Below, one piece after another: positions 25,729 through 38,742 of a stretch of DNA of 64,000 bases. Numbering within the stretch: position 1 is the stretch's first letter; each line of letters opens with the position of its first letter. This stretch comes from Nemertoderma westbladi. Lineage: Eukaryota; Animalia; Xenacoelomorpha. The notes under the pieces are model-generated. The model searched no databases. It saw only the letters and a program-made list of their open reading frames with translations, and was not told the origin of the DNA. The stretch covers positions 186,001-250,000 of the forward strand of contig JAUCBJ010008896.1 of assembly GCA_032718475.1 (NCBI GenBank), given 5' to 3'. A program made the translations under genes and the position numbers.

Positions 25729-28700
25729 ATGGATAAAATAGTATTGTGTTGCCCATTCTGTCAAATGAATGTAACTAGACATAATTATTTACAACACCTA
25801 AAGACACATTTTGAAGTTTATTCTTGTTTTAAATGTCATGTTATGACTTCATGCAAAGAAATTTGTAAACGACATGAATCTACGGGTTGTAAAGAAATGA
25901 AGTTTTGCATGTATCAATTGATTTGTTCTACTTGTAATAAAGAGTATTCATTTGAGAATTATTTACGTCACGACTGTCACTTGAAATGTTATTATACAAG
26001 AAAGCGTAAATCACCGCAACATAAAAATATAATATCTAGAAAAAACTTAAGACTGGCTCTTGGTACATGTGCAACAATTTTTACTCGGAAACTAGCCACT
26101 CACGATAATTGTCTTGAAATTTATGTTCTCGATCTCCCGACTTCTAGAGATTATCCTGATGTAGAAACACCATTAGCACAAATTCGTAGTAATATTCTTC
26201 AGTTAATATTAGACAGACTGAAAGAAATGAATGTTCTTAGACTACGGTTAGGTCTAAATATATTAATGTACAGAAGGTGAGCAATTAGATACGTTTTATT
26301 TTAATTCTTCTGGCGCACCTATTAATACTGTAGATACGTCAGGAAGTTGTGATATTTGGTTTGAGTATGTTTTAGAAAATATATTGCAGAAAATAGCTAC
26401 GTTTATCATACGCGGTTCTGGGTAGCACATTAAATCTTTATTAAGAGTTGAAATTAAATTAGCTGAATCTAAGTGTAGGTCGCTACTATTATAAGGGACA
26501 TGGATATATGGAATTGCCAAAAGCGTTAAAAGATAAACATTGTGTTTTAAATATGCAAACAGCTGATAATGGCTGTTTCAAATGGGCTATTATAACCTCA
26601 AAGTTTTGTAGCAAAGTGAAAGATCACAGATACCATAGCTGTAGTTCACAGTATAAAGATTACATGAATCATTTTATTTTTGATAAGGGTAAAAAAGATT
26701 ATCCAACAGAATGGCAGCTAGCGATTAAACTTTTTGAAAAACAAAATTCGAAATATATAATTAATTTATTTTGCTGGAAAAACAACAACAACAAACAAGC
26801 TCCAGTATCTATATTAAGACAACCTCCGTTTAGTAAAATTACACCAGATAAAGAGTAATTAAATATATTACTTGTAAAAAATAACAATGCATCTAAACAA
26901 AATCATTATGTATGCATAACTAACTTGAATCGATTGCTGAATACGTAAGCTTAACATATCCACAATAGACAATAAGGTGAAAGGTGTCGCATTTCTTTGA
27001 TAAAGATCTTCTCCAAAGGAAGAAGTCAACGCAAGAATTTACCTAATGAAAAAAGAACACACATTAGTTTTACAAATTTAGATAGAACCTTATCTCCATT
27101 GTTTGTCACCTATTTCGATATAGAATGTATCTTACAACCAACAGTTAATATGAGCATATACCATATGCTGTGAGTTATTTAATTGTTCCAAATAGTGAAT
27201 TAATTGATCCACCAAAATGTCCTTTGAAAACATTCGTAAAGTCAAATAATAATAATAATTGTATTCAAGATTTCTTAGATTCATTATATACTGATTTAAC
27301 TGAATTATGTCGTTGGTCAGAAATATATACACATAAAAGTATGTTATTTAATAATATTGATTTTTTAAATTTTGAAAAGGCAAAAATTAGTTCATATTGT
27401 AATGTTAGTTTAAATAATGAAACAGGGAAAAACAGACATCACTGTCATATTACAGGTAAATATATTCCCACAGTCTGAAATAGGTGTAACCGAAGTTTAT
27501 CAATGAAACGATACATGTATGTACTCTGTGGACACAAATCAATACGATATTCATTGTATATTACAAACCAGTTTTAGAGATAAGAAATACTCAGATTGGG
27601 ATATAAAAGTCATGCAGAGAAATACAGAATGATATATTTCACTGAATGCATTTATACCAATTAAAAACTCTTCTAGAAAAATTGAGCTACGAGTTTTAGA
27701 TACATATCAATTTTTAAGCTTTTCTTTAAGTAATTTAGTTGATTGTTCAACAAACGATATAGCGAGTGATGATATAAGCTCAGATTTACCCATTACTGTG
27801 AAATGAAATATTTTCATCCAAACTTGAATAACTCAACAATTAATCGGAAAGGTGTATTTCTATACAAATGTTTAATGACACAAATTTGCCACCTATAAAT
27901 AATTTTTTTAGTAATTTAAGTAAAAAAACATGTACAATTGAAGATTATAGCTTTGCTGAATCATCATGGGTAGAATTTGACTGTTTGAATCTCAAAGATC
28001 TTCTCAAATCTCTTCTCGAATCTCTTTTAGCCTACTTAAAGCTTAATGTTTGCTTGCTTGCTGATATATTCTAGTATTTTAGGAATGTTTGTAAACAAAA
28101 TTACGATTTAGAAGTGATTTTTTATTGTGCATTTATATTTTTATTGCATTTATATTTTTATCTAAAATATAATAAGTGTAAAATAGAATTCTAGAAAGGC
28201 GGGGTAGCTCAGTTGGTTGAGCACCGGGTCTGCAATCTATTGGTTGTAGGTTCCGCCCCGCCAGGGTCCACTCAGCCTTTCATCCACTGGGGTCGATAAA
28301 ATGAGTACCAATTAAATAACTGGGAGCAAATCTTGGGATAGGAGTAGCGACCACTCCTACCCTTGGGTAGCAGCTATCGAAAGAGGAGCCTTCGGGTCGC
28401 CTCCGGCTTCGGCCAACTGTTTGCTTGCTTAAAATAGAATTAATAAAAGATTACCAAACATACAGAGATTTTGAAAAATCAATTAGGGGTGTTGTTTCAT
28501 TTTGTCGTAAGTATTATATAGAATCGAATATACCCGAAACAAGTACATATGATTCCACTAAGGAAGAATGTCGATAATAATATTGATTTATTGAATATAT
28601 ATATATATTCATATGAATACACATTTGATATACACACATATATACATATGAATATATGTATATTTATCGAATATTGGTTTAATATTGATTTTAATTCATT

Positions 28701-28762
28701 ATATTCCGGAAATTTAAGTAAAAAACTACCTGCCTCACAATTCAAAGAAGTAAGTATTAAAC
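25729..28762 (+). pseudogene. Protein-primed family B DNA polymerase, 5' part (zinc fingers, exonuclease with Endo VII-like insert, motif A)
   Basis: CPFC..HLKTH; LPKALKDKHCVLNMQTADNGCFKWAI; ExoI TYFDIECIL; RHHCHITGKY...CN; RVLDTYQFL; RKGVF; LLADIF; FEKSIRG; DFNSLY...LP. Many stops and frameshifts. Confidence 0.85.
28191..28429 (+). mobile_element. tRNA-derived SINE with a Nin/Deu-like central domain
   Basis: A box TAGCTCAGTTGG, B-box-like GGTTCCGCCCC, core CCACTCAGCC...TAAAATGAGTACC, (TTGC)n tail. 12-bp TSD TAAAATAGAATT at 28179-28190 and 28430-28441. Confidence 0.85.
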
Positions 28763-29036
28763 GTATTAACTGTAATGTACATGGCTACTTAAATGATAAA
28801 TTATAGGGACATTGCTATCACATCAATTAGTAGTAAAATTCTAGAATTAGTATATCATGACCAATTTGGCGCAAAACTAAGTACTTCCAATTCACAATTT
28901 GGCTTAAAAAATAAGTTAGGCACAGAATTATGCGTATACACTTTAAAAGAAATCATACAGTACACTAGTAATGGTTACCCCTTTTCTGTGACAGTTGGAC
29001 CAACTTCACACCTTAGGTGTTAAGTAGGTCATTAAT

Positions 29037-29671
29037 TGTGACGGGATCAAAGGACCCCGACCGGGTAGATTGTTTCGTACGCGTCACCGCAGGCTGGGAT
29101 GTCACTGATTGTTTGGCCGAGGCCGTTAGAGAAAACTGAATTGAGTTAATGTTGTTGTTCGACGGACTGATATGATATTGATGGCACAGTTGAAATGATA
29201 TATTTAGTTAATTGGATGCAGAATAAGTGATACCGGTAATAGTAACTAAACAGCCAATGTTGTTGATAGTGACGGTGAAGGTGAAACAACATCACCCATC
29301 TGCACTGAAACTGATAACTGAGTAAACTGAATGATAAACCAGTAGCAAGGAGATAATATACGACACACCAATATTACTTCACTGCTACTTTACTTTGGCC
29401 TCCTTCGCCCTTATTGGCTAATAACCTACTTCACACCTTTCCACTCTCTGGGAGTGTTTCCCCCCTGTTGCTAGCCCCTGCTAGCTGTCTCCCCTTCCGA
29501 GGTGGTTTGACCTCTAACCTCCCTTTGTGTGTGGCTTTGGGGTTTGTACTGTCCCCAATGTTGGTTGTGATACGAGATTAGTTACTGCTAATCTCGTATC
29601 TCCAACATATTGCTGAAAATGCCACTATCCTATTTTATGAGGGTAATGCGGCGGAATTGAATCCGCTTACA
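29037..29671 (-). repeat. 3' LTR of BEL/Pao element D
   Basis: TG...CA ends (minus strand TGTAAG...GTCACA), preceded by polypurine tract GGGGGGGAG at 29672-29680. Related to the LTR at 61685-62233. Confidence 0.85.
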
Positions 29672-30415
29672 CTCCCCCCCATGCTATCTTCCTGGTGAGA
29701 AGATAGCATCATCTACAAGTGCGCTTCAATTCCGCTGGAACCAGATCTACTATCGGGTATGGGGTGGAGTTCTTTTCTCGGAGTAGGCTTTCCAGGCCGC
29801 TCCCTCTGGGTATGATATAACTACCCCTTCTTGGTGCAACCGAAACCTATGTTGCACCAAGACATCTGACGTCTCTGTTCGAGACAATTGTGGACTCCTC
29901 TCACACAATTTTTATATCTCCTCACTCTAAACTGACTCTAACTTTAGCTCCACTCTAACTCCACTCTACTCTATCTTACTCTCGGACCTCTCTGTCCCTT
30001 ACTCTCCCTCTTACTGCTCGTTCCCCACATTTTAAATTGCACCCGTATACTTTCCACACGCGTCAACACCTCCTCTCACTATCTTCCCTGTGCTCCTGTA
30101 CGCAACCCTTACTTGTTTCGCTCTACTCCTTCCTGACGAGCTTCATCCTCCCTTTCCGTGCCGTCGCACTCAAGAAGTGTGATTCGTCTAGTGTCTCGTC
30201 CTCCTGTCATAGTCAATTGGTCCCCAGTCCCAGTAGCTAGTTGGAAAAGGTTACATGACTATAGTACTTACTTTGATTATATTGATTCTAATTATACTCT
30301 ATTGATTATTACATACGTACATACTAATTGCACTTTTATTAAATTTGCACTTAGGAGTTCGTATTGCTTCGCATGTGGTGCCTTCCAGGCATCCCCACAT
30401 CTCCCCCTCCAAGTC

Positions 30416-32994
30416 CTAGTTCGCTCCTCCCGTCTTTGGGAACCATCTCAGTTCCTTCCCTCTGTTGTCGTCCTGTCTCGGTCGCTTCCTTGTTGTCGTC
30501 GCTTCCTTGTTCTTATCCTCCTTAAGGCTCCTCATTCTCGCCGTTACCTCCTTGCTGATCCCCGTGGTCGATTCCTTGGGCGCTGGTGTTATTAGCTCCC
30601 GGTATCGCTTCGCAGGTGGCCCTTCTGAATGCCCCTCCTGCTTCCCCCTAGTAGCGTCCCACAAGATCATCTTCATGGTCCGTGGCACATGCTCCGCCAG
30701 GAAATCTCTGAACTCTCCCCTGTTCTCTGGCGCCCATCTATCTAAATACCTCTGCGTATTGATGACTCCACCATACGATGCCGCCGTCGCTACTTCTTGA
30801 TAAGTAAATGGAAGTCTCCTCTTAATGATTTCCAGATGGGCCTCCTGGTTAATATTGAATAAACCCCAACGGAACTCCTGGGCCTTCATTCTCTGCCGCG
30901 TCATGACGCTGACGTTGGCCCACTCCTCAAAGATCTTAAACTTCTCCTCATCGTCCATCCAGTCGCACTGGTGCCCATAGTGCCCCCGGAAGTTACACTT
31001 AGAACACCGGTTGTGTAACCACGGACACGCCCCCATCCTGTGACTCGACTCGCGGCAGTAGAGGCAACTCGTCCCCTTCTGGAATCGATACAAACAGCTC
31101 TTTTCCTGGTGAGTAAGCCTCCCGCAGTAATCGCAGCCGTGTATCAACACATCCCGCCCCAAGTTGTCTTTTGCCCCAAGCGGTCTCCTAGGTCTATGGA
31201 GCCGTTGGTAAGCAAACTTCTGGACGTTAACGTCTCTGTCCATATCTACGTCCTCGTCTCGCCTTGGCATCGTCTCTCCAAACACTACACTGTGGTGCCG
31301 TTCCTGGTTGCTCGCCCAACCTGATGGTGCTCCCCGCGAAATCCATCGTCGGCTCTTCATGCACCCAGGCCCGCTTGCCGGGTTTATCCCAGAAGGCCCT
31401 CGCCCCGCTGGCCGTCACCACTCCCCCGCCAACCCAGTCCGTGTCTGAGTGGCCGATCCTCTCGATGGGCGGCATCTCCACGAACTCGTCGTCATCCTCA
31501 TCCCCCGCTGGGAGTGGATCCAAACCCGGTATCCCGGCAGACCCACTGTGTCCCTTCCCACCTTGGCTCTTGCCCGTAACTTTCCATCCTTCCAGTTCTC
31601 TCGGTCTCTTTCTCGCGAAATCGCCCTCAGAGCCCGCTGGCATGGGCATCGCTTGCAATCCTGATGTTATCTGTTTCGGCGATTCTTCCGTCCATTCTAG
31701 CTCCTGCCCCAGAGACTCACCCGAGCTCCCTGATCCCCACCGTAACTTGTCCAAGTTCTGGGCCTCGAACCCGTAGTCCTCTTCTCTAGCTTCCGCCTCT
31801 CTTTCGTCTGCCTCCCTCCTTTCTCGCCTGGCGATTTCTTCCAATCGCTTCTCCTCTAGTCTATCCACCTCTAGATTCTCCCACCTCTGATATGGCGTAT
31901 CCACCTCCCTGTCTACTAGATATCGGCAGTTATAGTATACCGACTCGCCCTTCAGCCCCGGGTGGTCTGCCAGACCCTCAAAGGCCACCTTGAAGGCTCT
32001 TCTGTAGTTCAGGGGTGATCCCGACAGCAGAAATGCCGTTGGCTCTCTTCCGATAACCAAGGCCATGAATAGGTTTAGTAAACCTATCATTATCCAATCC
32101 TCCTGCAGGATATATTGCTTCTGATATATCTTTATCACTCCTCTCCAGAATTGATACACCTCCTGTTTCCCTGGCCTCGCTCCCCACTTCAGCGAGTTCG
32201 CCAACTCCGCTCTGTACTCCTCCCTGAATTTACCCCAGTCCATCGGCTTGTGGCAGACGAGCCCCATGAGCTGGCCCATCGCCACTGCTCCGCAATGTCC
32301 TGTATTCTCTACCAATCCCAACCCGGCTGGCCCTGTCATGGCCATGTAGACCGTTTGCATGTCCAGGAGGTTGGGGGTCTCCGGTCCGACGATCCTCTCC
32401 GCATCGTCGCGGATCGCCGATCCCACCTTCATCGTCGACTTGTCCCTCACTAGGTTCTGCACCGCCCTTGGCAACTGGTTCAACTTCGGCCCACTCTTCT
32501 TCCCATACGTTCCCAGATCAAACAGGAATATGTCCCCATTTGGCGCAGCCAAATGCAGAAGTATGGTCCTGGCCGAACCCGCCGACCCTCTTCTCAAACC
32601 CTCATCGTCTTCCATCGGTCCCTTCGTCGTCTAGGACCATGTATCCTCCCCTGCTGACAGACTCTACGAACCTCTTCCAGTCCTTTCTTGGTGATTCCCT
32701 CGGATACTTCGGTATCCCGAACTTCGCCTCGTCTCCCTTCACTACGTAATGGAAATGCTCGAGGATCGCGTTGTCTAGCGACGGCGTCCCGTAGGTCCCG
32801 ACCAGCCTCCTCTCGTGCACCTCCCTGAAATGGTCCTGCAGCGCTCGCGCCTTGTGACCCTTCTCTAACCGCTCGTAGTATCCCCTCGTCTTCTCCTCCG
32901 GATGCCTCTGGGTGAAATCTACTAGTATCTCCTTTCCACCTCTTTCCGCCTTTCTCTTCCTGACAAGTCTCTCCGCCATTACGAACTCTCCCAA
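30416..32994 (-). pseudogene. Extra ORF of the BEL element: DEDDy 3'-5' exonuclease-like domain, acidic linker and three CCHC knuckles (two frameshifts)
   Basis: MVLDDEG / LLHLAAPNGDIFLFDL...LP..VQNLVRD..MKVGSAIRDDA...LLDMQ...QKQYILQED, then CDYC..THQEKSC, CLYC..SHRMGAC and CSKC..GHYGHQC. Confidence 0.65.
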
Positions 32995-33439
32995 TCACTC
33001 ACCCACAAGGTGGTGCCTTACCAAGGCTCAAAGTAGATGAGTGATGTAGTTAAGATGGTCTGTGCGGTCCGATAATGGCCTATCTCTCTCAGAACACTAG
33101 GTTTTATGTTATATTTCACCTATGTACCCACCAAAGTACTAAATTTTCCTAAATTCCCTAAATCTGTCAGTTGCTTTTATTATGTTCTAGAATTTTCTGC
33201 CTACTGTTACCATAATTTGTTGAATTTTATTTTAATACTAATTTTTAATCCTACTACTGTGCTATTGATACTCATAATGGATTATTTTTGTCTAAATAAC
33301 CCCTATGGTTTGCATACAGGGTAGACTAGCTATTCCCTACTGTGCTAGTCCGCACCAGGTAACCTCCTGGCCCTGTATCAAACATTCTGACCTATTCTAT
33401 GGGCTGCGCAGTACAGTAGTCTGTCTCGTACTACCAGTA

Positions 33440-33838
33440 CTCTACTAACGGTACTACGTACCCTCTTACACTCTAACTCTACTAACGGTACTACGTACCC
33501 TCCTACTCTCTAACTCTTACTAATGGTACTACCTACCCTCTTACACTCTAACTCTTACTAACGGTACTACGTACCCTCTTACTCTCTAACTCTTACTAAC
33601 GGTACTACGTACCCTCTTACTCTCTAACTCTTACTAACGGTACTATGTACCCTCTTACTCTCTAACTCTTAGTAACGGTACTACGTACCCTCTTACTCTA
33701 TAATTCTTACTAACGGAACTACGTACCCTCTCATTCTCTAACTCTTACTAACGGTACTACGTACCCTCTTACACTCTAACTCTTACTAACTCTTACTAAT
33801 GGTACTGCATACCCTCTTAATCTCTAACTCTTACTAAC
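33440..33838. repeat. 38-bp minisatellite, ~10 copies
   Basis: Unit CTCTTACTAACGGTACTACGTACCCTCTTACTCTCTAA, between the pol stop and the extra ORF. Confidence 0.9.
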
Positions 33839-34007
33839 TTCTATCTGCCTACTTACTTACTACTACGTACTGTCTACTATTACTTTCTCTTTCTAACTTT
33901 CTACTATTTTATTATTTTTTTTTTATTTTTTTTTTTATATTTTGTGTGGGAAGGGCGTCTCGCCCTCAATCCCACCCCCCTCAGTCCAACACTTGGACGA
34001 CTAAACT

Positions 34008-35344
34008 TTATGGTGCCCCTTCTAGTAGGCAGCACTTTCCCACAGCCCTCCTGTAGGTCTTCCTATCCTTTGCTCCTATCTTACCCCCTATCCGCACTTC
34101 CACCGATCGGACTCTTCTGTCCTCGTTGGGGTAAGTGTCTACTACTCTTGCTAGCCTCCACTGATTGTTGATGATTGCGTCGTCAGTGACGATCACTAAA
34201 TCACCTTTCTTTAACTCTCTAGTGATGTTTCTCCACTTACTCCTCCTGTGTAATGTGGGTAGGTATTCCTCGACCCACCTCCTCCAGTACTCTGCGCTTA
34301 TCGCCTTGGCGACTTTCCAACTCTGGCGGGAGTGTATGTCATCTGGGTCTACACCCTTCATGTCGATGGTCGCCGGCCTTTCCATCAGAAAGTGGCTCGG
34401 TGTTAGCACGTCTAGTGATTCCGGGTCGTCATTCTCTGGATATAGCGGTCTGCTATTAATGATTCCCTCACACCTAGCTAGCACCATTCTTAGAATGTCC
34501 TCTGTCACCATGTGGGTGTTCATCAACTTCGTCATCAGACGCTTGGAACTACCCACAAGTCTCTCGACGCATCCTAATGTATGTGACGCATACAGCGTCC
34601 TCCTTTCCCACTTCACCTGTCGTCTCCTCATGGCTGCCCTGACCTCTTCTCCTTCTAGGATGTCCAAGGCCTCCGCCAACTCGTTCTCCACCCCCACAAA
34701 GTTGGTTCCATTGTCGGAATAGATCACTGCGATCGTCCCACCTTTGCGGTCTCTAAATCTCTCTAAGGCATTGATGAATCCCGATGCCGTAGCGTCCTGG
34801 GCGAGTTCTATTCCTACCGCCCTCGTGTTGTTACATACGAAGATGATGCCGTATCGTTTCTCCATGTGTCGCATCACCTTGATCTTAATCGGCCCAAACA
34901 TGTCTACTCCGCAGTGCGTGAATGGCGGGTCATGCTGTCTCACCCTACTGGCCGGTAATGCATCTCCTGTACGGCCCTCTCCTTTCTCTTCCGTCGGCAG
35001 GTCTGGCATTGCCCCACTACCGCCTTCACCTTCTTTCTTAGCTTCGCGAGCCAGAAGGTCCTCCGTATCTCTGTGTGGGTCTGGTTGGTGCCTCCGTGCA
35101 ATATCGACTTGTGGGAGTCCCAAATGATCTGGTGGACTATCAGCGATCTGTTGGGGATGATAATGGGTTTTGGTGGGTTGATAAGGCTGTTGTTATTCAG
35201 CACTCTGGAGTTCATCACCAGAATCCCGTCATCATTGAGTTGTGGTGACAGCGTGATGAGCTCGCTGTCCCGACGAAGATGTTGCTGCTTGCTAACTCGA
35301 TCCACTTCGTCGCAGCAGTTCTTTCTCTGTTCGTACCGTATCAC
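34008..35344 (-). pseudogene. BEL/Pao integrase (one frameshift)
   Basis: H..LHGG...CQTC zinc-binding domain; GVDMFGP, SDNGTNF and ERLV catalytic motifs; INSRPL, LTPSHFL and YWRRWVEEYL C-terminal motifs. Confidence 0.92.
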
Positions 35345-35350
35345 GGCCTA

Positions 35351-35892
35351 AACCACAGCCACAGCCACAGCCACAACCACAGCCACAACCACAACCACAG
35401 CCACAGCCACAACCACAGCCACAGCCACAACCACAACCACAACCACAACCACAACCACAGCCACAGCCACAACCACAGCCACAGCCACAACCACAGCCAC
35501 AACCACAGCCACAGCCACAACCACAGCCACAGCCACAACCACAACCACAACCACAGCCACAGCCACAACCACAGCCACAGCCACAACCACAGCCACAACC
35601 ACAGCCACAGCCACAACCACAGCCACAACCACAACCACAGCCACAGCCACAACCATAGCCACAACCATAGCCACAACCACAGCCACAGCCACAACCACAA
35701 CCACAACCACAGCCACAGCCACGGCCACAGCCACAGCCACAGCCACAGCCACAACCACAACCACAGCCACAGCCACAACCACAGCCACAACCACAACCAC
35801 AGCCACAGCCCCACAACCACAGCCACAACCACAGCCACAACCACAGCCACAACCACAACCACAGCCACAGCCATAGCCCCAACCACAACCAC
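35351..35892 (+). repeat. (CCACAG/CCACAA)n hexamer array
   Basis: Seen directly in the sequence; produces the spurious HS/CG/WL ORFs. Confidence 0.95.
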
Positions 35893-36289
35893 TTCCTAGC
35901 TCTAGACTGAATCTAGTGTACACTAGCTTTGACTCTCCCAGCTATAGTGATAGTATGCAACCTTGGGAGTTAATGTGCGGTCTTATGAGTAAAGGGCAAG
36001 AGATTAGACTTCATGTTGCCTCCATTGATTCACTCTTCTTAACTTTATAAAATAACTCCACCCTTATTTAAAGTTTTAAAAGTTATGACTTAGTCGACTA
36101 ATTTTCCAAAATATATTATAAAAAACATATAATTTCTTGAATAAATAGACCTAATAGCAATAAATATTGTTGGCAAATACATTTATAATACTAATATAAT
36201 AATTAAGGATAAATACTCCTAATACCAATATAATTGTTATGGATAAATAGTTCTAATACTATTATGAAAGGAACTCAAACAAACAAATG

Positions 36290-37355
36290 TCAATAGTGTC
36301 CTCCTGCGCGGGCATATACTGTACGAGAGTTTTTCATCATAGGTCTTCGAAAATAAGTAAAAGCTGGTTGATTTTCTTTACTTTCATCTTCCTCATTAAC
36401 CAACTGTTTCTTAATTTTATTCAATTGTTCATTAATTTTCAGTAATTTACTTTTATTTCCCAGAACCTGTCTTAATATCTCTTCTCTATTTTCCTCATTT
36501 TCTTCCATTTGTTTAATAAATTTCCGCATTTGATTTTTGTTTCCTAATATTTGTCTCAATATCTCTTCTTTATTTTCATCATTCTCTTCTAAATGTTTAA
36601 TAAATTTCTGTAATTTAATTTTACTTCCTAGAACTTGGGTCAATGTCACCTCTTTATTTTCTTCATTTTCCTTCAAATGTTTAATAATTTTCCGCAATTT
36701 ATTCTTATTTCCAAGTAATTGTCTCAATATTTCCTTATTATTATCATTTTCATCATCTTCTTCACTTTCCTGACCTTCACTTTCTTCGTCCTCTTCCTGA
36801 CCTTCACTTTCTTCGTCCTCTTCCTGACCTTCACTTTCTTCATCCTCTTTCTGACCTTCACTTTCGTCATCCTCTTCCTGTTCTTCACTTTCTTCATCCT
36901 CTTCCTGTTCTTCATTTTCTTCATTCTCTTCCTGACCTTCGCTTTCTTCACCCTCTTCCTGACCTTCACTTTCTTCGTCATCTTCTGACCTTCATTCTCA
37001 ACCTCACTCTCTTCAACTTCATCCTGACCCTCACTATTTTCATTCTCCATCTCATCGTCCTCTTCTTCTTCATCTTCCTCACTCAAATTTTCATCATTTT
37101 CTAGGGGTAACTGTTTTTGTATCCCTTTCAAAATATTCATAACTTTATGAAATTTATTTTCCATTGTCTGTTTTATCTTTAATATATCACGCTCAACTCT
37201 CTTTTTCTTTTCTCTTCATAAAAATATCTCGGATTTTTTAATTTCTTTGGTAATGGTCCATTACACCTTCCTTTCTATGTATACTCATATGGCGGGATAT
37301 ACTGTCTCGTCTCATTTCTTTATTACAAACCAAACATCTTTCATAACTAGGCATT
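36290..37355 (-). pseudogene. C2H2 zinc finger + acidic + helical-repeat protein (frameshifted)
   Basis: MPSYERCLVCNKEMRRDSISRHMSIH at 37355, a 27-bp acidic tandem repeat (ESEGQEEDE) and four EILRQ.LGNK.KL repeats. Paralog of 40931-41575. Confidence 0.7.
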
Positions 37356-37600
37356 ATATAGCAATGTCAATTGATATTATGAATTTTCGCTGAATGATTT
37401 TACAAAATTTTAAATAAATAAAACTTTTATGAAAATAAATAAAACTTTTAAAAATAAAAATTAGAGAATGAATGGGAATGCGGTGAATGGGGGCTATTAT
37501 AGAGGGAGGCTAGAATGGAGTTGTGAAAAAAGAATAATCTATTGTAAACCAGATGTTTCTTGAATTTTTCTCAGGCGTATTTGTCAATAAAGTGGGTGAA

Positions 37601-37808
37601 GGTTGTGGTTGTGGCTGTGGCTGTGGCTGTGGCTGTGGCTGTGGCTGTGGCTGTGGCTGTGGCTGTGGCTGTGGCTGTGGCTGTGGTTGTGGCTGTGGTT
37701 CTGGCTGTGGTTCTGGCTGTGGCTGTGGCTGTGGTTGTAGTTGTGGCTGTGGCTGTGGTTGTGGCTGTGGTTGTTGCTGTGGTTGTGGCTGTGGCTGTGG
37801 CTGTGGTT
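37601..37808 (-). repeat. Hexamer array (GGCTGT/GGTTGT)n, inverted relative to 35351-35892
   Basis: Seen directly in the sequence. Confidence 0.95.
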
Positions 37809-38329
37809 TAGTTAGGATGGGAAATGGGGTGATTTGAGAAGCAGGGAGTGCGCTGGAGAAAAGTGCGTGTAATGAATGGGCTGCTGCGTCAAAATGGGTA
37901 TGTTAATTAATGTTATACTACAGTATCTGAACAAATATTTTAGGTATGGTATAGCAAGCATGAGGGGTTATGCATTACTTCAAACATAAAACTACAGTAA
38001 CTAGTATAGAGATGGTTGGGGATTAATTTGACATATGGTATTTGGGTACTGGCTTTGTCGTTGAGCTAATACTTGGAGTGTGCGGTTGGGCGCGCAGGCT
38101 GCTTCGCAACACAATGTGAAAGAATGCAATCTATTGCAAGACCAGATGTTTATTATAATTTTCTTAGGCGAATTGACAATGGTCTGACATGATAACGAAG
38201 CTGGAGGTTTAAATAATTTAAAATGTGTGCAACCCCATGTTGGCATGCAGTATAACTCAACATGGGATTCAGTGGGATGCTTAATCCTTCACGCATGCCA
38301 TACCAAAAACTATGTCCTGTTTGAAATGT

Positions 38330-38454
38330 TAAGGTGGACCTTTCTATATAAATAAAACCATGTAAAGTTAGATCATTATCTCTAAAAAACATTAAGTGAA
38401 GTTTTTCAAAGTTTTTTTTAAAGTAAATCTTACTAAATTTGTCTTTTTGTTACT
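38330..38454 (+). promoter_or_regulatory. Conserved TATA-containing upstream cassette of the GTSF1-like genes
   Basis: AAGGTGGA..TTTCTATATAAATAAAA...AAGTTA.ATC precedes all three genes (TATATAAA at 38345 on plus; 48900-07 and 49662-69 on minus). Confidence 0.65.
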
Positions 38455-38742
38455 ATGGAGTACTTTATTTGCCCCTATGATGCCACGCACCGGATTCATT
38501 CGGAGAAATACGTCAAACATCTAAGAAAATGCCGCAAGAACTTTCCTGGCCAAAAAATGGTACAGTGTCCCTTTGAAGTTGCGCATAGCTTTAGAGAAGC
38601 CGAAAGGGAACATCATCTACAATTTTGTGAATACAGAAATAGGAGCTCCATTTTTGAGAAATTAAAAGAAGAGAAAAAAGTGGAGAAGAAAGGAGAAGAA
38701 ATTGAATGTCCGGCGGCATGGGGAGAAGAGGTGTGGGATTGA
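38455..38742 (+). CDS. GTSF1-like: GTSF1/Asterix-like protein, copy 1 (element E)
   Basis: Two CHHC (U11-48K-type) fingers, CPYDATH-x9-HLRKC and CPFEVAH-x9-HLQFC, joined by an RKNFP linker; acidic tail CPAAWGEEVWD. Confidence 0.92.
   Translation: MEYFICPYDATHRIHSEKYVKHLRKCRKNFPGQKMVQCPFEVAHSFREAEREHHLQFCEYRNRSSIFEKLKEEKKVEKKGEEIECPAAWGEEVWD

Noticed and set aside
28198-28265. Possible tRNA gene
   Set aside because: No proper acceptor stem; it continues into a SINE core and tail and is flanked by a TSD.
33440-33838. CRISPR-like array (also 23300-23660 and 62234-62375)
   Set aside because: Head-to-tail repeats without unique spacers, in a eukaryotic context with no cas genes.
35279-35923. 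His-Ser, Cys-Gly, Trp-Leu and Val-Ala repeat ORFs (also 37553-37837)
   Set aside because: Hexamer microsatellite open in all frames; not metallothionein or His-rich genes.
38455-38742. Interpretation as the ordinary host GTSF1 locus or as TRM13/U11-48K genes
   Set aside because: The copies are short, intronless and inside TIR-bounded nested insertions. Tandem fingers plus a Trp tail fit GTSF1, not the single-finger proteins.
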